A stretch of DNA of 64,000 nucleotides from Octopus vulgaris (GCA_951406725.2 OX597825.1:41354001-41418000); one strand, 5' to 3'; positions 38,501-53,044 are shown, counted from the stretch's first letter. The notes: generated by a model not told the origin, from the sequence alone. Program-made: numbers and translations.

Positions 38501-40532
38501 AAAGAACATTCATATAAATAGAAGTAAGAAATGTTAAAATAGATTTTGGACTAATAGCTAAATGTAGATCACGCCATCAATGTTCTATACCAAAACAGTA
38601 GAAATCAATCTGACAGTTACAGAATTCAGTGATTCTCATACAAAGCATAGAATTGAGAAGAACATACTTCAATTGTTACTGCAAAATAGCAATCAGTCAA
38701 GTTCATTAAATAAAATGTTTACAAAAAGTTAAATCATGAAATTAAATACTTGCAAAAAGTTTACATCAAAATAAAAGGAAATACAAGAAATGAAATGATA
38801 ATAATAAAGATAACAACAACAACAACGACAACAACAATAACAATGATAATAATAATAATAATAATAATAATAATTATAATAATGATAGTAATAACCTTTT
38901 AAAGGAAATGCATCAGTTGAATATCATTATTCATTGAGGGAAGCTTTCATTGTTTTTCTGATGAAGCAAAACAGGGTTAGGGTAAAGTATTTCCGAAGCA
39001 GAGATGATGTAGGGTAATGAGGGATTGTCAATTAAAGCTAATTACTGTGTGATCTTTTACCGCCAATCCCATTTTATGTTTTCTTTCCACATATTGTCTT
39101 TTTGTGGCTCTTAGAAGTAAATGACTGCTGAGTCACTTCCATACTTGTGTTTTTCTTTCATATTTCCTACTTATTAGTGTAATGGTAATTAAAAGTTTAG
39201 AACAGTTTAGAAAAGTGACTTGGCAAGCATCATTGAAAAATACTATGTTTTCTTATACTGAGTGTTCAGATTTGGCTCTCAATAATCTCAGTTCTAAACT
39301 GCTCAGTTTCAATTTTCCATGTTTTTACTTCAAGAAATGTATACTAGACTATAAACAGAAATTATGCACCTTCACCTAAAAATTTGTGGCCTTGTGTGAA
39401 TAGGAAATCAAAATTAATTAAATAACTATGAAAGCTGGTATCAATGATAGAATGATTGACAAGATGTATAGCAATTTTTACTTCCATCACCTCTAAATCC
39501 TGAGATCAAGTGCTGCTAGTGTCAGCAGTGCTTTCATCACTGTTAATAAAATAATTATACTAATATATCAGAGACAATTTCAAAATCGGTTTCTTGCCAA
39601 GTCAAAAGTAATTAGTGCATATATCATATAAGTATAGGCCATAATATAAGAGAAAGAGATTAAATAAATTGCTAAGAAAATTTGCGAGCCAATTTTAATT
39701 CCCAATGGAAGCCATTTTGCTTCACTTATAACTTTATTGCTTTTGTGAATACCACACAGTATTATTTTTTCTTTAAGAAATCCGGATTAATCAAATAACT
39801 GCAAGCACTGTATAGAAAGAAGTAAGCTCACAGTAAGATAAAATTGTGATGCATTTTGCATTTTTGGTTTGAAGCCATTTCATTTCCGTTATACTATTGT
39901 AAGAAAGGTGTAAACATTACAGTTTGCATATCCTCTTCCCCTATGCATAGAAATGTAGGGCCTCACTGCTTAGTTAAAATAAATCAATATTGATTAAAGA
40001 ATTTTAAATATTCAATAATATTAGGCATTCACTGTTTCAAGAATTAATGTTTTTTATTTTATTGTATTTCTGTGTAGGAGTTGGATTTAGATAAAAATTA
40101 AACTAACAGTAATTTAATTTCCATTATCAAATGAAAGTGAGCTTTATGATATCTGCATTGTCAACTTTTATCCGTTTCTAGTACAATGTATTGAGTGACT
40201 CTTGGTAACACATTAAACATTTCTTTTGCATAATATCTCACTAGCATCAAATTATTTCTTTTTTATTGTTTAGTTCATTTCAATTTACAGAGATACCATT
40301 TAGTTCTTTTTGTATGAATTTTGCTCTATTTATTGACATATTAGAGCTGTGATTTGTTTACTGTCATATACTGTTTCTTCTAACTTCACAACCTGAATAC
40401 AAAGTCTTTCTTCTACACATCTGAGTTTCAAAATTCCTCATTTAAAAATAAAATTGTAACTTTGAAAAGTTTGTATGAAGTCTCAAATACTACAAAAGAT
40501 GGAGTATAATTTCTTCTCTGATAGTTTTACAA

Positions 40533-40760
40533 TTAACCCGTTAGAATTTAAACTGGCCTTATCAAGTTCAAATATTCTATCTGTTTTATGTTCAAAATAT
40601 CAAGACTGACCTCTCACACCTACCCTACAATGTCATTCTAAAAAAAAACAATCACATCATCAAAAGCGCAAAGCTACAAGAAAATGCATGATTAATTTTA
40701 AAACAATGTGAATAAAAAAGCATTACATTTGACAGATTTATCTGAATGTTAAAAGTACAA
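40533..40760. mobile_element. Possible piggyBac-like MITE
   Basis: Left end TTAA-CCCgttagaattt. The right end tctgaatgttaaaagtacaa is a degenerate inverted match. Confidence 0.4.
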
Positions 40761-40993
40761 ATTTGTTTATATTTATAAAATATTCAGGAATTATTCTCTA
40801 TGAATCAGAGAGTTAACTTTTATAGAGTTGAAGTAATAAGTAAATAAATTTATAAATACACACAAATATACCCTCAGACACATGCACACACAGAATATAT
40901 GTAATAAGTGGTTGACATTAGGAGAGATGTTCACTTGTTTCACTCATTAGACTGCAGCCATGTTGGGGCACTGCCTTGACTACACCCCCCCCC

Positions 40994-41024
<31 letters not shown>

Positions 41025-41029
41025 AATAT

Positions 41030-41185
41030 ATCATCATCATCATCATTGTTTAACGTCCATTTTCCATGCATGTATGAGTAAGACGGTTGATAGGAGCCAG
41101 CCAGGTAGAAAGATTGCCCTAGGCTACTATGTCTGCTTTGGAAGGAATTTTATGGCTGAATGCCCTTCCTAACACCAACCACAGC
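41030..41185 (-). mobile_element. RTE 3'-end fragment
   Basis: catcatcat..tttaacgtccattttccatgc...tgcccttcctaacaccaaccac. Confidence 0.7.
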
Positions 41186-41360
41186 ACTTTGACAATATAT
41201 AAGCATGTGGCAGTAAACAATGTACACATTGATTCTTGAAAAGCTTTGATATATATATATATAATGTACTGATCTGTGATAGAAAATTCAGCAAAAAAAT
41301 ACTCCACCAGGTGAGAGATAAATATTATTTATTTAAAGGTCACAATACGTGTATTAAAGT

Positions 41361-41413
41361 GTTACTAATAATCTCATATGTTGAGAAAGCTCAAACATAT
41401 TCTTCAGGTGCAA
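41361..41413 (-). ncRNA. Degenerate hammerhead in the PLE 3' region
   Basis: cac CTGAAGA atatgtttgag cttt ctcaacatat GAGA ttatta. Strong stem II, ~170 nt downstream of the GIY-YIG stop. Confidence 0.55.
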
Positions 41414-41580
41414 ACCTCATATCATAATGAATGAAAGAAATTGAATAAAAGAAGAAATGTGTAAAAACTGAGAAGGCAGCATATAGAAAACACAAACAGT
41501 AAACAACAGAAAATGAAAAACAGAAACTAGAATGTCAAATATAGAAAGTAAAAAGTAAAAAGGTAAAAGTGCTATCTTCC

Positions 41581-42175
41581 TTAGGCCTTAAATGATAAGG
41601 CTGGAAAGATTTTCCAATTCTTCAAAATATATTTATACATATGCATGCAACCACTGAAAATTTCTGACCTGGAGTTCAATAGAGAGATAGAGATCTTAGA
41701 TCTGAAGAGGATCTGCAATCTTTCAGTGCAACAAAGTCTACATTTATTCAATCCATTCACATAAGGTATGAATTTCTCAATTACTTTCCGTTTACTCACA
41801 TGCGGTGTTTCATTATCTTTCAAACTCCATACATGACTTGCCAACTTAGTAGCTTTACTTTCGTCCCTATGTCGGAAGTGATTGGCATAGCAATTTTTAA
41901 ATTCACCTTGACATAATCCAATATAGGTCTCCTCCTCAGTTATACTATTATTTAGGATTGCAGCAAAGGATCCTGACCGTCGTTGGTCAAGTGGACAGGA
42001 TCCTGGGTTGCAACAGTTGTAACTGGATTCAGGTTCTTGGTATTGACCCCATGTAATGATATTCTTCATACTGGGGTAGCAGCTACAAGATAGTTTCACA
42101 GAATGCCTATTAAATATTTTCCTCTGGGAAGTGTTTGACTAAGAGTGACAGGAATCTTTTACCAATGTTAGTTTT
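41581..42175 (-). pseudogene. Penelope-like element GIY-YIG endonuclease C-terminal fragment
   Basis: KLSCSCYPSMKNII, NC..PGSCPL, YIGLCQGEFK..YANH, TKLASHVW, CRLCCTE and LLNSRSEIFSGCMH. Confidence 0.85.
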
Positions 42176-42714
42176 CCCTCAATATAAAAACTCTGCTATC
42201 TATTTTGATATGGTTTCTATGGCTGGCTGACCATCCCATCACCAACCACTTTACAGAATGAAATGGGTTCTTTTCATGTGTCACCTGCAACAGTGAGGTA
42301 ACTTGCTGGACAAGACTCCACAACTAGGGTAGAGAACAGTATTGAGAGAAATAAAGGTTGTTTTGCATTAGAAGAGAGGCAAAACTTCCTTTGATGGAAA
42401 AGAGAGAGAGAGGAGAGAAAGATGGCGAAGATGTGACAGAGTTGGGGCAAGGGCCATACATCCAAGTTAAGGGGTGGGGTATACAGTGAAATGGACTGGG
42501 TATAAGATTTGGTTGGTAGGTGGATCAATTCACAAGATTTCAAAAAGAGAATGGGAGCTAGATGTAGGGGAGAGGGATAGGATTTAACAGGGGCTTATTT
42601 TGTGCAGACAGGTAGATGGATGTGTGAGAGGAAATGAAGGGGAGGGGAAAAACTGTGGTAGTGAGCCTCAGTGGATTGTGAGAGAAAGAGGGATACATGG
42701 ACATGGATTTTACT

Positions 42715-43965
42715 TTATTGGCCTTAGTCTTCTCAAGCACAGCATATCACCAGTTGTCTTGATACTTTGTTCTCTCCTCTGTGAAGCTCAACATCTGAAG
42801 ATCATTCCTCTCCATTTCATCCCATGTCTTCCTGGGCCTTTCTCTTTCAAAGGTTCCCTCCACATTTAGAAATTGGTGTTTCTTTATACAACTATTCTCA
42901 TCCACATGCATCCCATGACCATACCATCACAGTCTTCTCTCTTGCACACTAAAACTTATGCGCCTTATAACCAATTTCTCTCTCAAAATATTTACATTTT
43001 GTCATATATACACACTGACATTGTATATTCAGATGAGCATGCCAGCTTCATTTCTTACAATCCTTTATATGTCCTCTGTAGTCACAGCCCATGTTTTGCT
43101 GCTATCTAGCATAGCATCTGTACACAGACATTATACAGTCTACTTCTCACTCTGAAAAAGATGCCCTTTGTAACCAACAAAGGTAAAACAGCTCTCTGAA
43201 CTTTGTCCAGGTAGTTCTTATTATGGTAACTATGCTTTCAGAGCAACCTCCACTGCTGCTAATTTGGTCACTTAGTAAGTAAAAGTTATCTACTGCCTCC
43301 GAGGGTCCCACTGGATATTTGAGCAAATCTATTTCCTGTACATTCTTAGTTATTAGTATGCCTGCTTTTCTACTACACACAAAGACTACTTTCTCTCTTA
43401 ACCTTCTTGTGATTCCATTGCACTTCTTTTGTGTCCATAGCTTGCACTGGATACAGTGTGTGGAATTTCTGCTTACACCTTTATTACACATCAAGCAGGA
43501 CCTGAAGGGATTAGTAATTTGTCTGCTTTCTTGCTTAATAGTACTTCCTTTTACCCTTAGAATCCAGTCCTTGCTTCTATACTCCCACATCTGAAATTTC
43601 TCTATCATCGAATCTCTTTTTTTTTTCACTGAACTCCTACCTGCATAATAAATTTGTCATTTATATTCAATGCTAACTTTCAACTCACTGACAGCATCCC
43701 TGTACATGCTTGGATGGCTCTCACCTGCCACTCATCTACCCCTAGCTTCTACATTAAGCACCAGATGAGTGAGTGAGGGATTCTGTCAAAAGATTTCTAC
43801 ATGTCTGCAAAAGCCAAATACATTGGTTTATCTTTTGCTAGATGCTTTTCCTGCAGTTTCCTTACTAGGAAGATAGCATCAGTTATGCTTCTTCCTGGCA
43901 CAAAACCATGCTGCATCTCATCTAGGTTAACTCTTTTCCTAATTAGTTGAGCTGTGACTCTTTCT
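42715..43965 (-). pseudogene. Degraded RTE LINE (RT to C-terminus)
   Basis: ERVTAQLIRKRVNLDEMQHGFVPGRSITDAIFLVR and CLMCNKGVSRNSTHCIQCKLW. Homologous to 11150-12550. Confidence 0.9.
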
Positions 43966-44554
43966 GTACACACATACACATATACCCACACACATATACA
44001 TCCATACATATTTATATATGTGTGTTCATGTGTGTGAATTTACATATATAAACATATATCATCATCCTCATCATCATCATTTAACATCAGTTTTCCATGC
44101 TGGCATGGGCTGGATAGTTTGACATGAGCTGGCAAGGAGCTAACCAGATTTTATTGTCTGTTTTGGTGTGGTGTCTATGAGTGGGTAGGGTGAAGTGACT
44201 ATAGCAAAGGATGAAGGGAAATATTGGAGAGGGTTCAAAGGCATTCAGGGTGATAGCAGGCAAGTGAGGAGTTGATGATGGAGAACATCACAGGAAGCAC
44301 AGATAAAACAGAGAAAGGATGTGGTTGGTTAAGAGAGTAGGAGGAGGAAGAAAGTAAATGAATGTGGAGCAAAGGTAACTGAAAAAGCCAGGTGGGTGTA
44401 GTATGTGCCCATTCTGCTCTCAGGTGATAGAGGAAGTGATGAAATGTAGATGAAGGGAGAAGGTTGACAGGGCAGAGCCGCTGTGGACAAATTCTGTTGT
44501 GTGATGGATCTTCTTGAGTACAGCAAGATATATATGCCATATATCTTGGTCTTT

Positions 44555-45195
44555 TATCATCTTTGTAAGTCTCAGCATTTTGAGATCAGCCTTCAATACT
44601 TTGTCTATCTCTTCCAAGATCTGCCTCTCTGCAACTTCTTTCCAGTTTAAGTGATTAGCACTTCTTTATGTGACTGTCCTCATCCATACACATCACATGA
44701 CTAAACCAGCACAGTCTCCTCTCTTGCACACTGCATTTAATTTCTCTTTTCTCAATATACTTGCATTCTATCAAACACGTACTCTGATATTTGTACATCC
44801 AGTCGAGCATACAAGCTTTATATCTCTCTAAATTTCACATGTCTTCAGTATTCAGTGTTTATGTCTCACTATCATGTAGCAGTGTAGTTTGTACCCGTGC
44901 ATCATACAGTCTTATCTTCACTCTGAGAAAGAGACCTTTGGTTGCCAATGGAAGAAAAAATTCTCTAAATTTTCTGCATCCTATTCTTATTCTAGCAATT
45001 ACACTTTCAGTACATCATCTTCAATACTACGTAGCAGAAATCATCTACTACTTCTAGAGAGCCTCCAGGACATTTGACAATATCATTCTTGCTTATCTGT
45101 AGTTTTTATGGCTCCTGTACATTTTCTACATACAAACACTTCTTTCTCTGTTAACTTTTCTGATATTCCACTGCACTTCTTGTGTACCCATAGCT
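44555..45195 (-). mobile_element. Degraded RTE LINE C-terminal fragment
   Basis: KLWVHKKCSGISEKLTEKEVFVCRKC and downstream similarity to 11380-11700. Confidence 0.75.
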
Positions 45196-45487
45196 TGTGT
45201 GTGTCTATTTTTGTTTTTGCATAAAATGATATAAGAATATGTGTCAAGTTGCATCTTTTTAAGAAATCTAACTTAGCCATGTGGTAGAGTTCAGTGCAAT
45301 AAGTATTGGATTAAAATGATTGATTAAATCTCTTGAAAATATGCTACGGCATTGCAATGTTCCATTGCCTGGAACCAGTAAAAAGATAAGCGAATTTAAA
45401 AGAATGCCAATATGTATCAGATATTTTAAAGCATATAAAGCGAAGCCGTGGTACATATGCCTTGTTGAAAAGCATTATCAACATTCC

Positions 45488-45646
45488 TAGGAGTGGCCGT
45501 GTGGTAAGTAGCTTGCTTACCAACCACATGGTTCTGGGTTCAGTCCCACTGTGTGGCACCTTGGGCAAATATCTTCTACTATAGCCTCGAGCTAACCAAA
45601 GCCTTGTGAGTGGATTTGGTAGATGGAGACTGAAAGAAGCCTGTCG

Positions 45647-45679
<33 letters not shown>

Positions 45680-45895
45680 AGGTGTTTGTGTGTCTGTGTT
45701 TGTCCCCCCCAACATCGCTTGAGAACCGATGCTGGTGTGTTTACATCCCCGTAACTTAGCGGTTTGACAAAAGAGACCGACAGAATAAGTACTAGGCTTA
45801 CAAAGAATAAGTCCTGAGGTTGATTTGCTTGACTAAAAGGCAGTGCTCCAGCATGGCTGCAGTCAAATGACTGAAACAAGTTCAAGAGTAAAGAG
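45488..45895 (+). mobile_element. SINE family B, full length
   Basis: tRNA-like head (tggccgtgtggtaag...gggttcagtccc), CORE-like ccttgggcaa segment, internal (TA)n and 3' tail. Several copies in the window. Confidence 0.88.
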
Positions 45896-46504
45896 TATTA
45901 TGTAAGTGGTTAAAATTCAGAATGAAACAGGCTATTTGGAAGTACAATTGTATCATAACATTAAAAATACTGAATAAGGAAAAACTATATTTTCCAACTA
46001 ATACTGTAAAAGTATTATTTTGCTGGAGTTCATTTTTGTACTCTCATGTTCACATAAATGTACACACACACATAAACATACAAAGACATACCTATATACA
46101 TATATGCACATACACACATACAGATGCACATGTATATGTGTGTGTGTGAGTGTATATGTATGTATCTATGCATGTATGTGAATATTTATATTTACATTGT
46201 ATACTATATACATGCACACACACACACACACACGCATTTATATATATATATAAAGTGCAAGAAAAGGAGACAGTTGGGTGAGTGATATCCTTTATTCTTT
46301 ATTTGTTTTGCAATACTGTTGATGTGAATTGGTACTGAAATAAATGGTTTTTGTTGTATAGCAGGGGGGCATTTTAACCCTTCTTTCATACAACACACAC
46401 ACATACACACATTTATAGGCATATGTGTGTATACACATGCATATATAAGTGTTATATATATATATATAATCACCATCATCATATACATATATAGATAGAT
46501 GGTC

Positions 46505-46555
<51 letters not shown>

Positions 46556-48646
46556 TGTATATGTGTGTGTCTATATATATATACATACATGCACATACAC
46601 AATATACATGTGTTTATGCATGTGTGTGTGTATCTGTATGTATGTATGTCATGTATGTTTGTAGGTATGTCTGTATAAGTGTGTGTTTATATGTATATGG
46701 TTATGCTTATGTGTATTTTTTTGTCTGCATTTCTGGTCTCTTTGTGTATGTATATATTTGAATTAAAAAGGTAAATATTGCATAAAAAAAAACATTGTCA
46801 TAGAATCATATATCAATATATTGACAAAGAAATGCTGCTTGCAGACCAGAAGAATACATTAATAATATATTAATGACCATATGTAAATTCATGTTATGAA
46901 GCCAATCTTTTTTTGTTTTTGTTCGTTTGTATGAATGCTTTGCAAAAACCCCACTGAACATGAATTAATAACAGACTACCTCGAATGTTTTATCTTTATT
47001 AATATATTTCAGTATATTTATTTTTTTTGCTATTTGAAAGGAAGCCGATTGTCTAGATGCTGTTGTTTTATCAAAACTATAGAAAAAAAGCAACTCATAC
47101 TTACGTTTTGCTTATAAGATGTTTTAAAGTTACAGCAACATATGCACAACATATTCATGTAAAGAATGGAATCATTTGTGTCTGTCTGAGCGGTCCAATC
47201 TAAAATAGTAAAGTGGGTACTGGACTAGCTTTCTTGATATGGTACACCAAAAAATTTCAGTTCAATGAAATTACACTCAAAATGCAATGAAGAATGAATT
47301 TGAACTTTTGCATTGCAATGCTATTAACTCCAAACATATTTCGATCATATTACACCTCATCACTAAAACAAAGTCTAAAATCATACAGCAATCCAGTGTC
47401 TCTTTATTTACTAGATTTTTCCTCCATTTTCTTCCAGCTTCCACTCAGCAGTATTTTGTGCCATTTTTCAATAGTTAGCTATAAATACAGTGTCATCCAT
47501 CTTGAAAAAAGGGAATTTGGTTCCAGTCAGTCAGCTGGCAGTTAGCAGAAGGCTTCAGTGAGAGTATAACTATTTTCATGTGAGACTTTGGAAGGACACT
47601 ATCCCAGATGGCATTACTTCAAAATGAACTGCTGTGTTATTTCACTGACTTAATGCTGTAAACTTCGGGATTACATTAAGCCTACACAGTGAATCCCATT
47701 ATTCTCTATGTACAGAACCTGCCTGTTTAAACTTCTTACTACCTTTTATCACGGTATGCTTCTACCCATTTGTGTAATAGTAAGTCCAAAAGCCTTCCTT
47801 GACTCCTACATACAACAATTCTCTATACTCATTCTAACCCAAATAAATTATGATGTTTGCTCTAATATAGCATTCTGATGTATTTTCTCAATGTCTCACA
47901 GATGCAACTCTTCCATTTACTTTCCACATTGTATATTTATTTAGTAACATGCTAAAATTGGTAGCACTTTACTCAAGTTACATTCTTACATAGTTTTATT
48001 CGAACACAGAAACAACTCTGTTACAAACTGATGACTTGCATAACTTTCTTATACATTTTTCCATAACTTGTGGGAAATTATCATTGTTACACATCTAGTT
48101 TATGCTTGCTGTTATTTCTTTTTGTCAGTATTAAAGAAGTCAAAGTTAGTTTTGTCATTTAAATGTTTAAATTTCATTTCAAAGCTATATCCCAATGCAA
48201 TGTTTTAATCTGTTTTCTTAGTAAATGTTTATGTTCGGTTAGGTTCCCATAAGATAATTTGGCAGTCATATCTAGATTAGAAATGTAAATGAAAAAATTA
48301 GCATATGCTTTCCATGCTGGAATAACTTCATGATAAATAAGATAAAATAAGCACGAAAGCTAGCTAAATCAAAGTTTATTTGATACAAATAGAAAGCAGC
48401 AGAAATTACATCTAACCGACATCTTGACCATTAATAGCAAATAACACGAAACAGGAAAAGGATAGAAAATAAAGATTTAGTTTATCAATCTCACAGGAAA
48501 TTAACCATATAAAAGCTTTGTTACAATAAAATTTAAAGTGTGCATGAGCTTCATAGTTTTGGCAGTACATATACTACCATACACACATACACATTATATG
48601 TGTGTGTGTGTGTATGCATATATATGTATATATGTATATGTGTGTG

Positions 48647-48715
<69 letters not shown>

Positions 48716-48732
48716 ATTTAAACGTATATATA

Positions 48733-49706
48733 TCATCATCATCATCATCATCATTTAGCGTCCGTTTTCCATGCTAGCATGGGTTGGACGGTTCAACTGG
48801 GGTCTGGGGAGCCCGAAGGCTGCACCAGGCCAGTCAGATCTGGCAGTGTTTCTACAGCTGGATGCCCTTCCTAACGCCAACCACTCCGAGAGTGTAGTGG
48901 GTGATTTTATGTGCCACCGACACAGGTGCCAGACGAGGCTGGCGAACGGCCACGATCGGATGGTGTTTGTTGCGTGCCCACAGCACGGAGGCCAGTCGAT
49001 GCGGTACTGGCTACGGCCACGTTCGGATGGTTTTCTTGTGTGCCACTGGCACTGGTACCACAAGATACAAATTCCATTGATGTTCATCTATTTTGATTTG
49101 ATTTGATTTGATTTGATTTTCACTTGCCTCAACAGGTCTTCACAAGTGTCACAAGAAGGAAGGAAGGTATGCACAGGTGGACTGACTACGTCCCAAGTAG
49201 GGGCCATGGGTTATGGCCTGACTAGTCTTGCCGGGTCTTCGGTTGGTGTTTTTATGTGCCACCGACACAGGTGCCAGATGAGGCTGGCGGACGGCCACGA
49301 TCGGATGGTGTTTGTTATGTGCCCACATCACAGAGGCCAGTCGATGCGGTACTGGCTACGGCCACGTTCGGATGGTTTTCTTGTGTGCCACCGGTACTGG
49401 TACCACAAAGATACAAATTCCATTGATGTTCATCTATTTTGATTTGGTTTGATTTGATTTGATTTGATTTTGATTTTGATTTTCACTTGCCTCAACATGT
49501 CTTCACAAGTGTCATAAGTAGGAAGGTATGCACAGGTGGACTGACTACGTCGCCGGGTCTTCGGATGGTGTTTTTATGTGCCACCGACACAGGTGCCAGA
49601 TGAGGCTGGCGAACGGCCACGATCGGATGGTTTTCTTGTGTGCCGCCGGTACTGGAACCACAAAGATACAAATTCCATTGATGTTCATCTATTTTGATTT
49701 GGTTTG

Positions 49707-49707
<1 letters not shown>
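48733..49707 (-). mobile_element. Young RTE-3'-end element with internal tandem triplication
   Basis: Units begin ttttatgtgccaccgacacaggtgccaga at 48905, 49250 and 49572. (CAT)n at the left end and (TA)n on both flanks. Confidence 0.88.
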
Positions 49708-49738
<31 letters not shown>

Positions 49739-51599
49739 ACAATATATACATACATTGTGTGTGTGCATTTTGGTTTTTAATTTCATTGTTTTATGTATAT
49801 CAGTCAATGGACTTTAGTTATGTTCATGATTTTTCTTGAAAGGTTAAATCACACCAATACTTATCTTGAGACCAGTACTTATTCTATTAGTCGTCTTTTG
49901 GCCAAAATATCAAGCAAGAGGAATGTAAACTAAACAATACCAGCTGTCAAGTGGTGAGCAACAAATAATTTGACAAATGTAAAAACTAACACACACAACT
50001 CCTATACATATGTAACTGGATTCTGTGCAGTTTCCTATATTAAGCTCACTCACAAAATACTGGCAGGCCTTGGGTTAGCTAATGCCTTGCACAGTGTGAC
50101 AGAATACAAAATCACAATGTTTAAATGATTTTGAATTGATCTTCTTAACCACACAGTGTTGATAAGTACAATGTTGATAAGTACAATATATCAATCATTC
50201 ACAAAGTGAGGGGCTGTTAGAAGGAGAGATTAAGCGAAAGAAGGGAAGAAAGCAGTGCAAGGCTTTATACAAAGCAATTAGAGGTTAGGTCTGGTGAGAT
50301 CTACAACTCTAAGGCCCAACTGAATCGCAGGTGGCTGGAGTAATTTAATTTTGTGATATGATTGACATCATAAATATTTTCAATACAGTCCTCTTCAACA
50401 TCCACAGCACTACTTACAGAAAACTAAATAATACAATAAATAAATATTTATCAACAATTGTTATACAAATAAGCTGTATAACAGTACAGAAACAAATAGA
50501 ATGCAATGAATACATCAGACACTTCACTTATTAAGAAGATGCATGAATCACATGCATGCTGATTATAAGATAGAACACATCCAATAACTCATAAAACAAA
50601 GCATAAAATTCATTGCCACGCCATAAACTAAAATTACAAACATGCACTTCTTGCAAGAGTAACAATCTTGTGAACTTGAAAAGAAGATACAAATTAGAAA
50701 CATAACAAGACATGCAAAAATTTGAAACTCCAATATTGACCACATGAATGACACTTTCCCACAGCACTTACAACATACCGCAATCATAATGTAAAACCAA
50801 GCAAAATTTTAAAATGCCTGTAAAAAACACAAATCTCATCAACAGAATTTCTCCCTCACTTTGCCACTCTTTCTCATTCTCTTTCTCTCTCACACACTCT
50901 CCCTCATTCTATTTCTCTCTCTCCCAATTTCTCTCTCTCACACAAACACACACACACACAAATTCACAAATTCACAAAAAGAAGCCAATCCAGATTAAGT
51001 CGTAGAGGCAAATCATGTAGCAGACCACAATATTGAAATAAATAAACAAATAACATACTTTTGTAAAATAAATAAAAAATAAAATAAAACAAAATGCACA
51101 ATTAATAAAGTATAACACGGAATATTCTAATATTGGCAATGATGTCAAAAATAATGCCATTGTCTCAGATCAACAAAGTAAGAAGAACACAAACCAACGT
51201 CATCCTCTTCCTTCTGAGGATGAGACCATGAATGTGTAGAAGCAGTGATGACAGATTTCTTGGACAAGCAAATTCTACCGTATGCTACAGAAAGTGCAGT
51301 AGTTAATAAAAATGAATTGTCAAATGCAATAGCTTTGTTTTATGACATCAGACTCTTTATGGAAATTCATCTCAATATCAAACAGATACAGCAATATACA
51401 TAATACAAGATATTACTAATATAACTAATATATTCATGCCTATATGTATTCTGATTTTTATGTTTTATTTTTGTATTTTTCACACTTCTCTAATTTTACA
51501 ATGTTACATATTACAAGAAAGTGCTTTTCTACTTTCTGCAATGCTTAGGTTTATATAGCAGCACTATTAACTGACAGTTATGTTTCACAGTAGATAACT

Positions 51600-52965
51600 G
51601 TAGTGGAATACTTGAATTTGTCCTTTAAGTATTTTCTAGGATGCTCCAGCAAGCTGTATCTTTCACTCCACTTAAAGGAAGAAATATTTATTCATCTAGA
51701 CCAATACATAGATAACCTTTACAAATTTCCACTGAGGCATAATAGAAGTGCCAGACCAAATATTACCAAATCAGAGAAGTTTATACTTAAACATCTCCAA
51801 ACTGATAACACAACAGTCACCAAACTAGCAGACAAAGTGGTTGCCATTGTCATAATGGAAGCCAAATATTACCAGGATTTAGCTGAGAATAAATCGAAGG
51901 ATACAGCATTTTACAGTGTGATATAGATCCCTGCATCATGAAAAAGCTCAATAGCTTGGTTTCAGAATACATCTCCCTTACTATGAGTGAAAGAGATAGC
52001 ATTTTACCAATTTTGAACCTAAAGTAAGCAAATTTTATGGCATGCCAAAAATATATATAAGTGATGGTAATTAAAAATGACATCACTATCATCACTGATA
52101 TGTATTATAAAGACACAGATATTCAACAGTGCCTGAACTTTAACTCATGCCATCCAATACATACAAAATGGAATATCCAATAATGTCTAGCCAGAATAAT
52201 TTTTACCATTGTTGACAATGGAGATATTAGAGACAGATGTCTCACAGAATGTAGGATTTCTACTCAAACGAAATCACCTACTCCTACTTATTGAAAATGG
52301 TACAATGTGTGCTAAACAAATACCTACAGAACAACTTAGAGCAAACCAAGAAAGAGGAATGCAAAAACAAAACATCATACCATTTATAGTGACACAAAAC
52401 CCACATCACCAAAATAACTTTAACATCAACAAATTAAATTAGCCTATCATTGGTCAAAGTAACAAACTAAAACCTATAATTACTGATCAAATACTGATTC
52501 AAATTAAAAGACAACCAAAACATTTGAATCAATTATTAAAGAAGGCAAAATTTGACTCAAACAACAATGATAAAACATACATAGTATCCAAATGCACTGA
52601 CAATCAATATGGTACATGTGAGTTCAAGCATGCTAGTCAATATATCCATCCAAAAACCAGAAGAATATTTACAAAAGCAAATATGAACTGTAAAAGCAGA
52701 AAATTAATCTGCTGCATCAAACTCCTGAATTTTGAAGAGATATATATTGACCAGACAGGAAAGTGATTATCAGAACGCTCATGAGTACATCAACAGCAAA
52801 TTAGGGTCCCTGATGTTTGCCAGATTCTATTAAGCAGTCATTTAGGAATAGGTATCCAAAAATGTTTATAATATTCTCATTTTTCAAAATGTACAACTCA
52901 AGTGAAGATGAAAGAACAGTGAGTGAAATAAATTTTATAGAGAAATTCAAACCCATTTACATGGA
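51600..52965 (+). pseudogene. Degraded, internally deleted Penelope-like element (RT N-terminus, thumb and GIY-YIG)
   Basis: NITKSE...KLADKVVAIVIM, FYGMPKIY, IPFIVTQNP and NMNCKSRKLICCI...YIDQTG. Confidence 0.85.
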
Positions 52966-53044
52966 CAATAATAATAATGATGTTAATAGTAATAATAGTA
53001 ATAATTAATGCTAGGAAGTTTAGCAGTAATATTAAATTCATTTA

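Noticed and set aside
38445-38512. Possible minus-strand exon MFFDCPFHNACKQATMLIER ending in AG|GTAAGT
   Set aside because: Good donor consensus, but only 20 codons, an in-frame stop immediately upstream, and no homology or partner exon that I could recognise.
50531-50787. Cys-rich hydrophobic minus-strand ORFs
   Set aside because: They result from T/G-rich composition, overlap in two frames, and have no motif or splice support.
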